Below are positions 48,849-62,065 of a stretch of DNA of 64,000 nucleotides, in pieces. This DNA is from Heteronotia binoei (lineage: Eukaryota), in assembly GCF_032191835.1 (NCBI RefSeq), contig NC_083240.1, forward strand, positions 40,176,001 to 40,240,000, written 5' to 3'. The notes below the pieces were generated by a model, which was given only the letters and a program-made list of their open reading frames with translations, did no database searches and was not told the DNA's origin. The position numbers and the translations under genes were made by a program. Position 1 is the first letter of the stretch. Each line of letters opens with the position of its first letter.

Positions 48849-49623
48849 CGAGCAGTCTCCCAAGTAGGAGATTTGTATAGAATTTATCATCTCTTCCTGG
48901 AAACTTGGATAGAACAAGGGTGAGAACAAATATCCTTGTGAAGACTAGCAGTTTATTGTGGTGTCAGTTTTTGGGAGTCGAAGGTTCCTTCATCAAGTGT
49001 ATACACATGTGAAGCTGCCTTATACTGAATCAGACCATCAATCTTATCAGGGTCAGGACTGTCTACTCATACTGGCAGTGGCTCTCTGGGGTCTCGGGCG
49101 GAGGCCTTTCACCTCACCCGCTGCCTGATCCTTTGAACTGGAGATGCCAGGGATTGAACCTGGGACCTTCTGCCTGCCAAGCAAATGCTGTACCACTGAA
49201 CCCGGTACCTCACCATAAAACCTAGTGGGTTGCACATGGTAGGCAAAACTTCATTTTTCTGATCGTTCTCCTAACTCACTTCGCCACTTTAAATTGGATC
49301 TTTAATAACCTGGCCGATCTTAACGACTCCAGAATCAGTGCAAAATATTTGTGAGAATACAGTTTTTTTAAAAAAAAACGATGGCTGCAAATGCTCGCCT
49401 GAAAGCCTCTAATTGTTTCCAGGGAAAAATTTGTTGGTTTTGCTAGATCAGTGTTTTCACTAGGGACTAGAAACTTGCTTTTTAAAATTGTAGAAAGAGA
49501 GAGGAGGTGTTCTTCTCAGGCTGCTGAATCCCGTGCAATGTAAGACTAGAGTGAAGCTGTCAGATGAACGGAGTTCTCCAAGGAGGAGTAACAAATGCTT
49601 TTCTGCTTGGCTTCATTTCAAAG

Positions 49624-49769
49624 GGGAAAAACCTGAACCGGATCGGAACCCACCAGTGTTGTACCACAACAGCCGCGCTCGCTCCACTGGCGCCTGCAAT
49701 TGCGGGAGGAAACAGGCACCCAGAGATGATCCGTTTGACATCAAGGCTGCAAATTATGATTTCTACCAG
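49624..49769 (+). CDS. SMG8: SMG8 exon 2 (146 nt)
   Basis: GEKPEPDRNPPVLYHNSRARSTGACNCGRKQAPRDDPFDIKAANYDFYQ; tcaaag|...CAG|gtaatc. Confidence 0.96.
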
Positions 49770-50454
49770 GTAATCTGCTTATTCACTTAGAAACTGTATA
49801 CTCTGCCTCTCTTCCTTTCGTTAGGGCCCGCAAGGCAGCTAACAAGTTAAAAACCTACGTAATTTGTTTTATTTATTCAAAGCACTTATTAGCTGACTTT
49901 CTTCATTAAGAAGCTCAAGACAATTTACTGTATACGGGTGGGGGTGTAGAAAGTGCCAAGAAGTCGCAGCTGCATTATGGCAACCCTGTAGGGCTGATGG
50001 GAGTTGTAGGCCAAAAACATTGGCCATGCTGGCTGGGGCTGATGGGAGTTGTAGGCCAAAAACATCTGGAGAGCTACTGTTGGCCACCCCTGCTGTAGAA
50101 CTTTCAAGGCAAGAGATGTTCAGTAGTGGGGTTTGCCATTGCCTTCCCCTGCATCACAAACCCTAGGCTTCCCTGGAGGTCTCCCATCCAAATACTAACC
50201 ACAGTCAACACTTCTTAGCTTCCAAGATCTGAAGAGAGTGGGCTAGCCTGGGCCATGCAGGAAAGGGCTGCAACATAGGTAAAAGATGCACCATAAATAT
50301 ATATAGCAAACATTTTTTAAAAGTTTGAATATAGGTGTTCTACTTCAGACCACTATGGCCACTCTCTGAAACTATCAGTCATAGAAACTGCTGTAGCTGC
50401 TAACGGTGGGCTTTTGGCTAGTGTGAAGAGATGGTCTCCAAATCAGCCTAGTAA

Positions 50455-50985
50455 ACAAAACACCCGACACCAGGCTTAATTTCCGCAAGAATTAAATTAT
50501 TCAGGGCCACGCTGTATGTTAAGTTCTGCCCACTTGGTCCCAGACGGAGACCCTGGGTTCTTTATTACTCCGTTTCAATATTATTTCTTCAGCGGTAAAA
50601 GCTTCAATCAACTTATATTGGATGCGATGCCATCTTATTCAATCAAAAGTGTGGATCTTTTAGAATATTATTTTCAGTTTCTTATAATAGCATCATTCAT
50701 GTACAAATTACTCTTTCAGTGGATTCAAGCCTCATGTATAGCCATATGCTGTGCAACGAAATTGAAAATAATACTCTAAAAGATTCACACTTTTGATTGA
50801 ATAAGATTGCATCGTGTCCGATATAAGTTGATTGAAGCTTGTACCGCTGAAGAAATAATATTGAAACGGAGTAATAAAGAACCCAGGGTCTCCGTCTGGG
50901 ACCAAGTGGGCAGAACTTACATACAGCACGGGACTGAATAATTTAATCCTTACAGAAATTAAGGCTGGTGTTGGGTGTTTTGTTA
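50455..50985. repeat. Long inverted repeat (arms 50455-50681 and 50758-50985), each arm with a hammerhead-like motif; probably Penelope-like pLTR derived
   Basis: Arms align as reverse complements at about 90% by hand; CTGAAGA-stem-GAAA-stem-GTC core in each. Confidence 0.85.
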
Positions 50986-51299
50986 ATTTGTTGTCCATAC
51001 CATCACTGCATTTTGTATATTACATACTCCAAATCAGCCTGTCAGCCAGCCTCAAGATTGACAGGTACAGAAACAGAGTGGCTGAATTCCAGACATGTGA
51101 AAGAGAAATCATATGAGACATATGAGAGAGAAATCTTCTGTAGTGGACAGTGTTGCCCTGGGACCAGATTCGAATCCCCGCTGAGCTACAAAGCTTACTG
51201 GGTGATTTTGACTTAATCAGACTCTCAAAGTAGAGGAACTTTTAGTGGGCATTTTAAATTGCAAGCAAACTACTGTCTGGAGGAGAGAAAGGATAGAAA

Positions 51300-51835
51300 G
51301 GATGAGGTTTGGGGCAGCACATCTTAAGAAGGATATAGACAAGCTGGAATGTCCAGAGGAGGGCATCGAAGATGGTGAGGGTCTGGAGACCGAGTCCTAT
51401 GAGGCTGAAGGAGCTGGGGATGTTTAGCCTGGAGAGGAGATCACTGAGAGGTGATATGATCACCACCTTTCAAGTACTTGAAGGGCTGTCATATAGAGGA
51501 TGGCGTGGAGTTGTTTTATGTTGCCCCAGAAGATCGGACCAGAACCAACAGGTTGAAATTAGTTCAAAAGAGTTTTCAACTAAACATTAGGAAGAACTTC
51601 CTGACAGTTAAGAGCGGTTCCTCAGTGGAACAGGCTTCCTCAGGAGGTGGTGGGCTCTCCTTCCTTGGAGGTTTTTAAACAGAGGCTGGATGGCCATCGG
51701 ACAGCAATGCTGATTCTGTGAACATAAGCAGATCATGAGAAGGAGGGAAGGGGGAGGTACTTGCGAATTTCCTGCATTGTGCAGGGGGTTGGACTAGATG
51801 ACCCTAGAGGTCCTTTCCGACTCGATGATTCTATG
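51300..51835 (+). mobile_element. CR1 LINE 3' fragment (different subfamily)
   Basis: [20 protein letters not shown]; ends gattctatga. Confidence 0.8.
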
Positions 51836-51955
51836 AAAACAACTGGTTATCCAGATGTGCCTTGGGGATTTCTGTGCTGCTGGGAACATCATTATATCAG
51901 AAAATTTTTAACACACTATTACCTCTTCTTCTTCCCCTCCACTGCTCCCTTTCAG

Positions 51956-52831
51956 CTGTTGGAAGAGAAATGTTGCGGGAAACTGGATCATATCAACTTC
52001 CCCATCTTTCAGCCGAGTACGCCAGACCCGGCCCCTGCCAAGAATGAGTCGTCGGCCAGCCCTTCGGAAGGGGAAGGGGAAAAACTGAAGGAGAAGGAAC
52101 CGCAAACTCAAGGCGAAAGCACCAGCCTGAGCTTAGCACTCAGCTTGGGCCAGTCCACAGACAGTTTGGGTACCTACCCTGCAGACCCTCAAGGGGGAGA
52201 GGACACCACAGAGGCTCATGGGCAGGCCTCAGAAGCCAAAGGCGAAAAGAGGCCAAGCTTGGTCGACCGTCAGGCATCCACAGTGGAGTATCTCCCTGGT
52301 ATGCTCCATTCGAATTGCCCAAAGGGACTTCTGCCCAAATTTTCCAGCTGGTCGCTGGTGAAACTTGGCCCCGCCAAGGCTTACAACTTCCACACTGGCT
52401 TAGACCAGCAGGGCTTCATCTTAGGGACAAACTACTTGATGCCTTGGGACATTGTGATCAGGACAAGGACGGAAGAGGAGGGAGACCTGGACACCAATTC
52501 CTGGCCAGCTCCTAACAAGGCTATTCCGGGGAAGAGAAACGCAGTTGTCATGGGGAGAGGCAGGCGCCGAGACGACGTGGCTCGGGCCTTCGTGGGGTTT
52601 GAGTACGAAGACGCTCGTGGCCGGAGGTTCATGTGTTCCGGGCCGGAGAAAGTCATGAAGGTGATGGGAGGGGGCCCGAAAGAATCGGCTCTCAAGGCTC
52701 TCAACTCCGATATGCCTTTGTACATCCTGTCATCCAACCCGGGGCGAGGACTGAAACCGCACTATGCTCAGCTGATGAGACTTTTTGTTGTGGTCCCTGA
52801 TGCTCCGCTCCAGATAATACTGACACCTCAG
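51956..52831 (+). CDS. SMG8: SMG8 exon 3 (876 nt)
   Basis: tttcag|LLEEKCCGKLDHINFPIF...PLQIILTPQ|gtaaga. Confidence 0.96.
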
Positions 52832-54772
52832 GTAAGATGGGTGCTGTTGCAGAAGGACTGAAGTGTTCCCAATAGGGTTTCCTCGCTGTGACGTATGACC
52901 CCCTCACTGTGTTCCCTCTAATCTAATTAGTGTTCCCTCTAAGTTAGTGTGAGCGACCTCGCAGTGTTTTATCCTCCAGCTCACACATTTTTGCCTCAGC
53001 TCAGGAAAAATGGCCCCAGAGCATACTTGTTTTTGCAGTAACTCACAGCTTTCTTTTTTTTAGTTTTTAAAAGTTTTATTAGTTTCAGAAAAAGATGGGG
53101 GGGTAGGAATAAGGGGGAAAGAAAGATAAAAGCACAATACCTTCTGACCTTATTTTGTATAAAATACTTTCCAAAATAAAACACAAGTATGATTCTACAA
53201 TATTTTCTTTACATAAATTGCCCCACATTATTTTGTCTAAGCTGTATATATTCCATTTTAAAATGTTATAGTATAAATCTTTTGATATTATCTAATAGCT
53301 TTGACAATTCCTGTAAAGGTAAATTTTATAATATAAAATACAGGAGAAAAGCAAAAAGAAGCCAGTTCACACCAGTAACTCACAGCTTTCATGCCAGTAG
53401 CTCATGGAGTAGAATTATTGCTCACAAGACTCCACAGCTTAGAGGGAGCATTGCATATGGCCACTAGAAAAGAAATGGTTGTCTTGTTAATGCTAGCTAA
53501 ATTGTTCCATGGAGATGCTCAGGAGCGGTCCAGACTGAATCAGTGGTGGGAAAGTGCTGTGAAGTGGCAGCCAATTTATTGCAGCCCTCGACTTTTCAAG
53601 GCAAGAAATGTTCAGAGGTGGTTTGCTATCGCCTGCCTCTGTGTAGCAACCCCGGGCTTCCTTGGTGGTCTCCCATCCAAGCACTAACCAGGATCGGCCC
53701 TGCTTAGCTTCCGAGATCCAGCGAGCCTGAGCCGTCCAGGTCAGGAACTGAACGGGTATTCCTAGAATTGGTCCCAGACCCTTCTGCCATATGCCAGGAT
53801 TCCATGACAGACATGCAGGAATTATTCATTAAAACAATCGGTGTGAAAAGGGACCCCTGAAGATAGGTGGCTTGAAAACCAGTAGACTAAGACACCGCAA
53901 TAATATAATGTTTTGAGTTGCATTTTGGTGTATTCAGAGCATTCCACATATGGAGTCTTAGTAATCCATACAACAGCCCTGTAAAGAAGGCAGCCCATGA
54001 CTGATTGAAGACTTGTTTTGTAGACTGGCTCACAATTCACCTGCATGTCAAACATGCAGCCTCGGGGGCCAAATCAGGCACCTGGAGAGCTCCTGTCAGG
54101 CCCCTGAGCAACTGGCTGTCATCTGCTTCCTTCTCCCTCTCTTTAGCTTCCTTCTGTATCACAGTTTGCTTTGCCAGGCTTACTCAACTGCACAGGAGCT
54201 ACAGAGCAAAGCCTATATTTTCTCCATTCTGAGGCTCCTCTCTTGGGGAGGAAGGCAGATCTTGCTTTGCCAGGCTCTTTCAATCACACAGCAGAGCTAC
54301 TGAGCTAAGCCTCTCTTCTTTGTATTGACTGAGGCTCCTCCCCCTCCTGGTCCCTTGGGGAAGGAAAGAAAGAGCCAGAGCTTCCTTTGCCCAGTTCCCT
54401 GGATCACACAGCAGAGATACAAAGAAAGCATCTTTAAGACCAATGAGTACTAATATTTTAAGCATGTTTTATTTTAAGCTTTTAAAAATCTTTGTGTTTG
54501 TCTGTGTCCTTTATAAAGTTTATATCTCTGCTACCTGGCATTACATTTTATGACACACTTGGCCTGGCCCAACAAGGTCTCATTTATGTCAGATGAATTT
54601 GACATCCCTGACCTAAGGTTCTTAGGGACTATGCTATGTTGGCAGGGTAGAGCAATTTGGTTGTCTCTATCTGAGTTTGTGCTTTTTATTTTGCTTTATA
54701 CAGTGCTGAAATTAAGTGAATATTTCATGTTATACCAGCTCAAGGGGGGAGGTTATTGGCAGCAACTGTTGG

Positions 54773-55240
54773 AGAGGGGCTGTGGTTCAGTGCTAGAGCC
54801 TAAGCCTCTGCTTTGCGTGCAGAAGGTCCCAGGTTCAGTCCCCGGCTTCTCCAAATAAAAAGGGTCCAGGCAAATAGGTGTGAAAAACCTCAGCTTGAGA
54901 CCCTGGAGAGCCGCTGCCAGTCTGAGTAGATGATACTGACCTTGGCAGACTGAAGGTCTGATTCAGTAGAAGGCAGCTTCATGGATTTGTGCCGCAGCAC
55001 AACCTTAAAGCCTGGGGTAGCCCTTTCTTCCTGGAGGGGCTGTGGCTTGGCGGGAGAGCATGTGTTTGGCATGCAGAAGGTCCCCAGTTCGATCCCCGGC
55101 ATCGCCAGTTAAAGGATCCGAGATGACAGATGCAAGGAAAAGCATTCCTTTGCATGAGACCCCGAAGAGCTGCTGCCGGTCAGAGCAGACGGTTCTCGGC
55201 TAGGGGGTCAAGTGGTGTGAGGCAGCTTCTTTTGTTCGTA
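54773..55240 (+). mobile_element. Two tandem Squam2-like SINEs (second more diverged)
   Basis: tRNA-like heads at ~54773 and ~55030. Confidence 0.65.
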
Positions 55241-55566
55241 CACGTCTGTTGGTGTATGTAAGTTCTGTCAGATTGCAACTGACGTATGGTGCCCCAGCAA
55301 AGGGCTTTCAAGGCAGGTGAGAAGCAGAGGTGGTTTGCCACTGCCTTCCTCTGCTGAATCTTGCTTTGGGGGTCTCCCATTCAAACACCAGCCCTGCTTA
55401 GCTTCCAAGATCTGATGAGTTTGGGCTATGCCAGGCTGCTTTCCCTCCCGTGCTTCTGTCAAAGTGGGAGGGGTGGGAGGGAAGTAAAATAGCTTTGTTA
55501 AATTCACTTGTTGGCGTCTCTAAGGCTATCTTCTGCTTGCTTTTCTTCCCACCCCACCCCTTCCAG

Positions 55567-55764
55567 GTCCAGCCAGGGCCCCCTCCTTGCCCGGTATTTT
55601 ACCCGGAGAAGCAAGAGATCACTCTTCCCCCTGATGGACTGTGGGTCCTTCGATTTCCCTACGCTTACGTGACAGACCGAGGGCCCTGCTTTCCTCCGAA
55701 AGAAAACCAACACTTGATGAGTTACAAGGTTACTCGAGGAATTCTAAAGGCTGTGGTACAATAG
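55567..55764 (+). CDS. SMG8: SMG8 exon 4 (to stop)
   Basis: ttccag|VQPGPPPCPVFYPEKQEITLPPDGLWVLRFPYAY...RGILKAVVQ*. Confidence 0.96.
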   Translation, partial: VQPGPPPCPVFYPEKQEITLPPDGLWVLRFPYAYVTDRGPCFPPKENQHLMSYKVTRGILKAVVQ

Positions 55765-56929
55765 CAGTGATCGGACCTCAAAGACTGAACTAGTTTCGGA
55801 AGTTGTTTTTTTTTTTTTTTCCCCTTTCCACCTCGTTCCCTGTCCCCAGCATTCCCTGAAATGTATGACGGATTTTGATTACTCACTGTTGGGATTTTGG
55901 AAGTAATCACTGCTTGTATTTCATATGTACGGCATATGTACAGTTTTGAAACGATCTGTGTGTGCCAAAAAAGATGCTGAGAAAGGTAGGAATGGTGATA
56001 CTGGAGGCAGGTTCCAGCTTAAAGAAACCTGTGGGTCAAAGTGAAGGGTAAGAGAGGAAAAGAAACCATGAGATGTTCCTTTGCTGCTAACCCATTATGA
56101 TCCCATATAATGTGTGTGTGTGTACGGGGAAGAGCTGATTTGTAAAACAGCTGTACAATGGAGCATTCACATATGTTCTGGATCCTGGCAGCGTAATGAG
56201 TGATAGGCATTTGTGTGGAAATAAACGACGGACAAAACAGAGAGCTACGAAAGTATTTATTTAAACACTTTGGTTTCTTTACAGTTAAATTTCAAACTGG
56301 GACCATGACACAAAGTTATTGGTTTTAAACGTGCTGAAGGCAAAGGAAATTCTCAGGAAAGGTGACATGCCGTACATTTTCTTTGCTAGGAAAATTTTTA
56401 ACTTGCTATGTTCCAGGGATGAACTCAAGGTGGCGTGTAAACGCAAGAGAAGGCCTGTTAAAGATTTAAAAGCTTTCCAAAACACATTGTATGGGAGGGG
56501 AAAAAATATAAGTAGTGTTATCTTAGTGAAGCCTAAACACAGAAAAAGAAGATGCGAGGTGAATTCAAGGGGGAGAATATTCTGTAGTCCTGCGGCCAAC
56601 ACTAAAAAGGCTGTGGCCCCAATTACTACTTGTTTCAATTCAGAAGACAGAGGCTCCCAGAGACGGGCCTTCACAGAACGTCTTAATGGAAGGGCAGTTT
56701 TATACAAGAGCAAATAGTCCTTCAGCTACCATGGACCCAGATTGTGTAGGATTTGCATCCAAAACTAAACCAGTAATATGCAGCTCTTTTAACCCGTGAA
56801 TGGTATTGTCATTATGGTGTATTCTGTCAATGCTCTTGCCACAGTGTTTTGGACCAGATGACGTATTCCAGCAGTAATGCCAAGCAGCCATGGCGTGCAT
56901 AACAGTAATCAGAGCTTGGAGCCAGCTCA

Positions 56930-57360
56930 GTTTACCAAAAAGGGTGCCATCAGGGTACCTGTCAAAGTTGGAAAGAAATGCTTAAAGCCACAGGTCATCA
57001 CAAGGCAAGACCCAAAAGTGCCCCCAAGTTGTGAGCCTCTTGCTGATGGGCCATTATTATGTCCCAGACCCATTTTGGTCCCGTCTGGATTAATATTCAG
57101 CTTATTCAGTCTCATCCAGCCTGTCAGCTCCTGCTGGAACCTGTTCAGCTGGGTGTCATTAGTATTGTGATGCAGATGCTGCCCCACTCCAAATTTGCAG
57201 ATAGCTTTAGCCAACAGTAGACGTTCAGCAGCCTTGGGACAACACAGAGCCCTGCAGAGTCCCATATTTCAGCCACCTGAGTACAGAGGTAAAGTCTTCA
57301 ACGATTCCTTCAAACATCCACTTCCAAAAGTGACAGGCAGTCCAGAAGGATGTCATGCTC
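56930..57360 (-). mobile_element. Old L2/CR1-class RT fragment
   Basis: GTLQGSVLS; DTQL...WMRLNKLNINPDGT. Confidence 0.65.
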
Positions 57361-57365
57361 AATAG

Positions 57366-57743
57366 CAGGGGTGGCCAAACTGTGGCCCAGGAGCCATATG
57401 TGACTCTTTCACACACGTTGTGGGGCTCTCAAAGCCCCCACTGCTCCATCAGCCTGCTTGTGAGCTGCCCTGAGTCCGCTTGTGGAGAGGGCGGGATAGA
57501 AATTTAAGGTAATAAATAAATAATAAACTGGAGAAGGCGTTTGTCTCTCTAAATCACTTCTAGAAGCCAAACCAGCCGGCAGCTTGGAGAGTGCATTTAA
57601 AGATAAAGTTGCTTTCTTTCCACCTCTCCCTCCCTCCCTCCCCTCTCAGCTCTTTGCTTTCCTTTCTTCCTTGTCTTGCAGCTCTCAGACATCTGATGTT
57701 TATTCTGTGTGGCTCTTACATCAAGCAAGTTTGGCCACCCCTG
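57366..57743. mobile_element. hAT MITE
   Basis: TSD ctcaatag/gtcaatag. Confidence 0.8.
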
Positions 57744-58112
57744 GTCAATAGTATCAAAAACTTGATGGATCCAGGAGAGTCAGCAGTGTAGCAGCAATCC
57801 CTTTTTTTCTCTCTCTCTAGTACAGATTGTCCAGCAGAACTATGCAAGGGGTTTCAGTGTTAAATTTGGGCCGGAAGCCCAATTGAAATGGGTTTGCTTT
57901 CATTAAAAAAAACACCTGGAGCTGCACCATCACTCTCCTTTTTAAGCACCTGCCCCCAAACGACCAAAAGCTGGAACAATCGAAGCGGTCCAAAGAGGAC
58001 TTTCCCCCAGTGGTCTCAGAACCACTTCCTTCAAACTCATTGGTACCGTGCTCTCTCTTGAGTAATGTACTGGATCCAACAAATCCCGCCCCCTCAGGTA
58101 AATACTATAAAT

Positions 58113-58293
58113 CAGGGCTTTTTAGTAGCAGGAACTCCTTTGCATATTAGGCCACGCCCCCCTTATGTAGCCTATCCTCCAAGAACTTACGGTAGGCCCT
58201 GTACTAAGAGCCCTGTAAGCTCCAGGAGGATTGGCTACATCGTGTGTATGGCTTAAATATGCAAAGGAGTTCCTGCTACCAAAAAAAGCCCTG
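58113..58293. mobile_element. Palindromic MITE-like repeat; relatives at ~19715-19845, ~29085-29270, ~38895-39062 and ~41041-41215
   Basis: agggcttttt..gcaggaactcctttgcatatt mirrored by aatatgcaaaggagttcctgct..aaaagccct. Confidence 0.7.
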
Positions 58294-59599
58294 ACTACAA
58301 TAATAAGCTAAGATCCATGTAACGGGGCTGAAAGCATCTTTGAAGTATCGCCTGCCATCAGAAGTACGTGTTTCATACTGAGGAATGTCAGCCACCATTC
58401 ACGTCTGATTTTTACCTGTAGAAGTCCTTGAGTGAAAGAAATTGCCACCGTTGCAGTTTGGGCATATTTCCTTGAAGATAGATCCAGGCAGGTATAAAGT
58501 TAGAATTGGTCTTAAAAGTGCTACCGGACTATTTTCTTGGGTATGTTTTCTTGCAGAATATTTTTAAATATGGGAGAAAAACATCAACGTTTCCTCTCTT
58601 TCCTTGTTTTAAACATTAGCTTTTAACACAATGCATAACATCTGAAACATTATAACTTCAATAATACAGATGAAGCGGGTTCGAAGGCACTGCAATAAAT
58701 GGAAGGAAGTGACTGAACACGGAATGTCCTCTTGTTGTACCATATAACCCAATAATGGGATCTACATTGCTATAAAATTAGTGACAGTAGGGTGTGGGTC
58801 TTTTCTACTCAGATTGTCTGTAATTTTAGCCATTATATATCGGTCCCAAACCTTTGTGCGCCGAAGAGATAAAATAGGTGGTAGAGTATTTTTCCATTGA
58901 GCAGCAATGGCTGTTTTTTTTCTGCAGATAATAAAACTGAGATTTTTTTTTGTCTGTGTTGGGACCAGGGGTTGGACAACTCTGACCAGCAATTTAAGAG
59001 AATTTTGGGTCTAAAGGAATATATTGTCCTGTGATGCTATGTATGTGCTCAAGCACTTCTTTCCAAAACTTTTTTAACATCAATGTTTTACGGGGAATAA
59101 AACTATGTTTGTCAGGCAATGATACAGATTTTTTTTCGCTTCTGTAGAAAAAGCTTCTTCCTAATTGATTGATTTAAAAAAAAAAAAAAGACTGCACCCA
59201 GCTAAAGCTATGTTTTGTTTAGCAGCAGTTATGTAAACAGATCTGTTTACTTCCTTGTTTTAGGTATAGGCTCTTATATAAAAAAAATACCAAAAAGATT
59301 AATTTACATTTGTTCTTCATTCCAAGTTGTATCATAGCGGGCCTTGTTTGCATTTAGCATTAATAACAGGGATGATTTATTCGGAGTCAAAATTTTCTCG
59401 TGTGAAGTTGTAGTCGACTTATGGCAACCCCAAGGGTTTTCAACACGGGAGATGTTCAAAGGTGATTTGCCATTGCCTGACTCTGCATGGCGACCCTGGA
59501 CTTCCTTGGTGGTTTCCCGTCTGAATACTGATCAGGGCTGACCTTTGCTTAGCTTCTGAGATCTGAGGAGATCAGGTTAGTTTTTATGGCATCCTAAGA

Positions 59600-60020
59600 A
59601 TTGCAGTAGTAATGTATGGCTGTGAGAGTTGGACCATAAGGAAGACCGAGCGCAGAAGAATAGATGCTTTTGAGCTGTGGTGCTGGAGAAGTCTCTTGAG
59701 AGTCCCTTGGACTGCAAGGAGATCCAATCAGTCAGTCCTAAGGGAAATCAACCCAGACTGTTCCCTGGAAGGTCAGATGCTGAAGCTGAAGCTCAAATAC
59801 TTTGGTCACCAAATGAGAAGGGAGCACTCACTGGAGAAGATCCTGAAGCTGGGAAAGACAGGCAAAAGAAGAGAACGGCAAAAGATGAGATGGCTGGACA
59901 GCATTACTGATGAAAGTAAGATGAATGAGAGGATGGCGGAAGATAGGAGGACCTGGCGTGACTTGGACCATGGGGTCGCAAAGAGTTGGACTCGACTGTG
60001 CGACTGAACAACAAGAAGAA
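59600..60020 (+). mobile_element. BovB/RTE LINE 3' fragment
   Basis: YGCESWTIRKTERRRIDAFELWCWR...LKYFGH; CAA-type tail. Confidence 0.9.
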
Positions 60021-62065
60021 ATTGCAGTGAAACACCTTGAAAATGAAGATTATTGTACATTAATTCTATACACCAGTCTTTTATGCTGTGTTGATTTCAT
60101 GCTTCTCCTTTTTAGTAAAACATCGTATATATTCTGCTATTGGTGCCTGGGGGCCACCATGGGAGGGCTTCTGGAGTCTGGCCCCACTGGTGGACCTCCT
60201 GATGGACCTGGTTTTTTGGCCACTGTGCGACAGTGTTGGACTGGATGAGCCATTGGCCTGATTCAACATAGCTTCTCTTAACGTTCTTTCCTCTGAGTTA
60301 GTTAATAAACAGGGTTAGTAATAAACAGGGTTACCAAACGTCCTCTTTTTACAGGGCATGTCCTGTTCTTTATGTCCTCTTTTGGGTTTTAAAAAAGTGA
60401 TGAAAATGCCCCCTTAAAGTAGCACGGAAATACGTCCTCTTTTTTGCTTTTCAAAATACGGTAACCCTATGAATGTGTTTTAATTCTTTTAATGGGGTGA
60501 GCGGGTGGGGGAGTAGTTACTAGTGACGCCAAGTTCACCCACTTTGGTGCCAGAACAAACAGATTAAAATATAGCGTAATTGTATTTAATTTTATAATCT
60601 ATCATAATTTTCTTTAGTTCTTTAGAAGGGTGTTAATAGAATGAGTATCTGATGAAGAGAGCCGTGTTTCTTTAAGGCTTGTGCTACAATAAAATGTATT
60701 AATCTTAAATATGCTACTGAGCTCTTTAATATTTGCTAGAATAAGTAGCATGTAAAACCAATATTTAAAAAGTTAAAATATTTTTTTAAAAATGAGCCAT
60801 CAAAGGGGAAGAACAAAATAGGAGTCAATTGCACCTTTAAGACCAACTTAGTTTTATTCAGAACGTAAGCTTTCGTATGCATGCACTCTTCTTCAGACGA
60901 GGAATGAAGCTCACCCCATTAAAAGAATTAAACACTTATTCATAGCTTACCGTATTTTGAAAAGCAAAAAAGAGGTACATCAAAAGGGGTAGGTAAAGGA
61001 GGTCATTACTATATACATTCTTGCAGGGCTTTCCCTTTTTAAAAAAGCCTTCCCTCCCAAAACTAAAAGAGTACTCTCCACATGCTCAGGGACACTTTTC
61101 CTTTTAGTTTAAAGCTGCTCATCATGGATAGTTTATTCTAAAACTGCTTTCCTGCTTGTTGAGCAGGTCTCTGAAGCAGCAAGATGATTCAGAAAGTTTT
61201 CAAGATCTGTCCTAAGCAGGTGTACCCAGAATCTGACTCAGGTCAGGCCTATGGAGTTTCCTCCCAGAAAGTGTTCTTAGGAAAGTAGTCTGTGTGTCAC
61301 ATTGATAGAACATAACACTTCCCACAAAGCGAGCCCTGACTCATGGAAGCTTCTGCTGCGCTACAAATGCACCACAGAGCTGTTAGTTGCAATGCAGCCA
61401 TTGTGCTAAATTACACTAATGATGTGTTGCTACTCAAGGTGCGTTAAAGGAGGCTCTGGGAAACAGGAGATGGTGTGATTGTAGATGCTCTTTGCTAAGA
61501 CTGTTTACTGTTGTGTTGTAATGTCAGCATAGTATGGCGAGGTGACAGAGACTCTAAGTGTCCCCCTCTGTGCCACTGTCAGTTGGGGAAGGGTTTTTTT
61601 GTCTCACACGGCATGTCCTCAGTTGCCAACTCCGAGTTGAGAAATTCCTGGAGATTTGGGGATGGGGAGAGTGGGATTTAGGGAGAGAATGAACCTCACC
61701 AGGGTATTATGCCCTTCAAAGCAGCCATTTTCTCTAGGGGGACTGATGTGGGTAGTCTGACTATTGGTTGTAAATCTGGGGATCTTCAGGCTCCCCCGGG
61801 AGACTGGCAACCCTGCTTGATCCTATCTTGTGTTTTAATGGTTGCTTTTATTTCTGTGTGTTTTACTGAGGCTCTGTGCCTCTTCGCTTGGTTGTTAAGA
61901 TGTGTTTTTATGATGTTGGTTCTTAATCCATTAGCAGCTTTGGTGACCTTGATCAGAAGGAAAAGATGAGGTATAAATGTTAGAGCAAATTTTGAGTTCA
62001 CTGGCACCTTTTAAGACCAACAAAAGTTTATTCAGACCAACAAGGCTGCCTACCTGGATATAAAC

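Noticed and set aside
5404-55240. tRNA-like heads as tRNA genes
   Set aside because: Each continues into a shared SINE body and tail and lacks a complete cloverleaf
56285-56717. Overlapping 132-aa (+) and 142-aa (-) ORFs downstream of SMG8
   Set aside because: No recognisable homology or splice context; cannot be supported without a search
58420-58495. Exon-like segment (acctgtag ... cag|gtataa) between SMG8 and GDPD1
   Set aside because: Stops in all three frames and no partner exons identified
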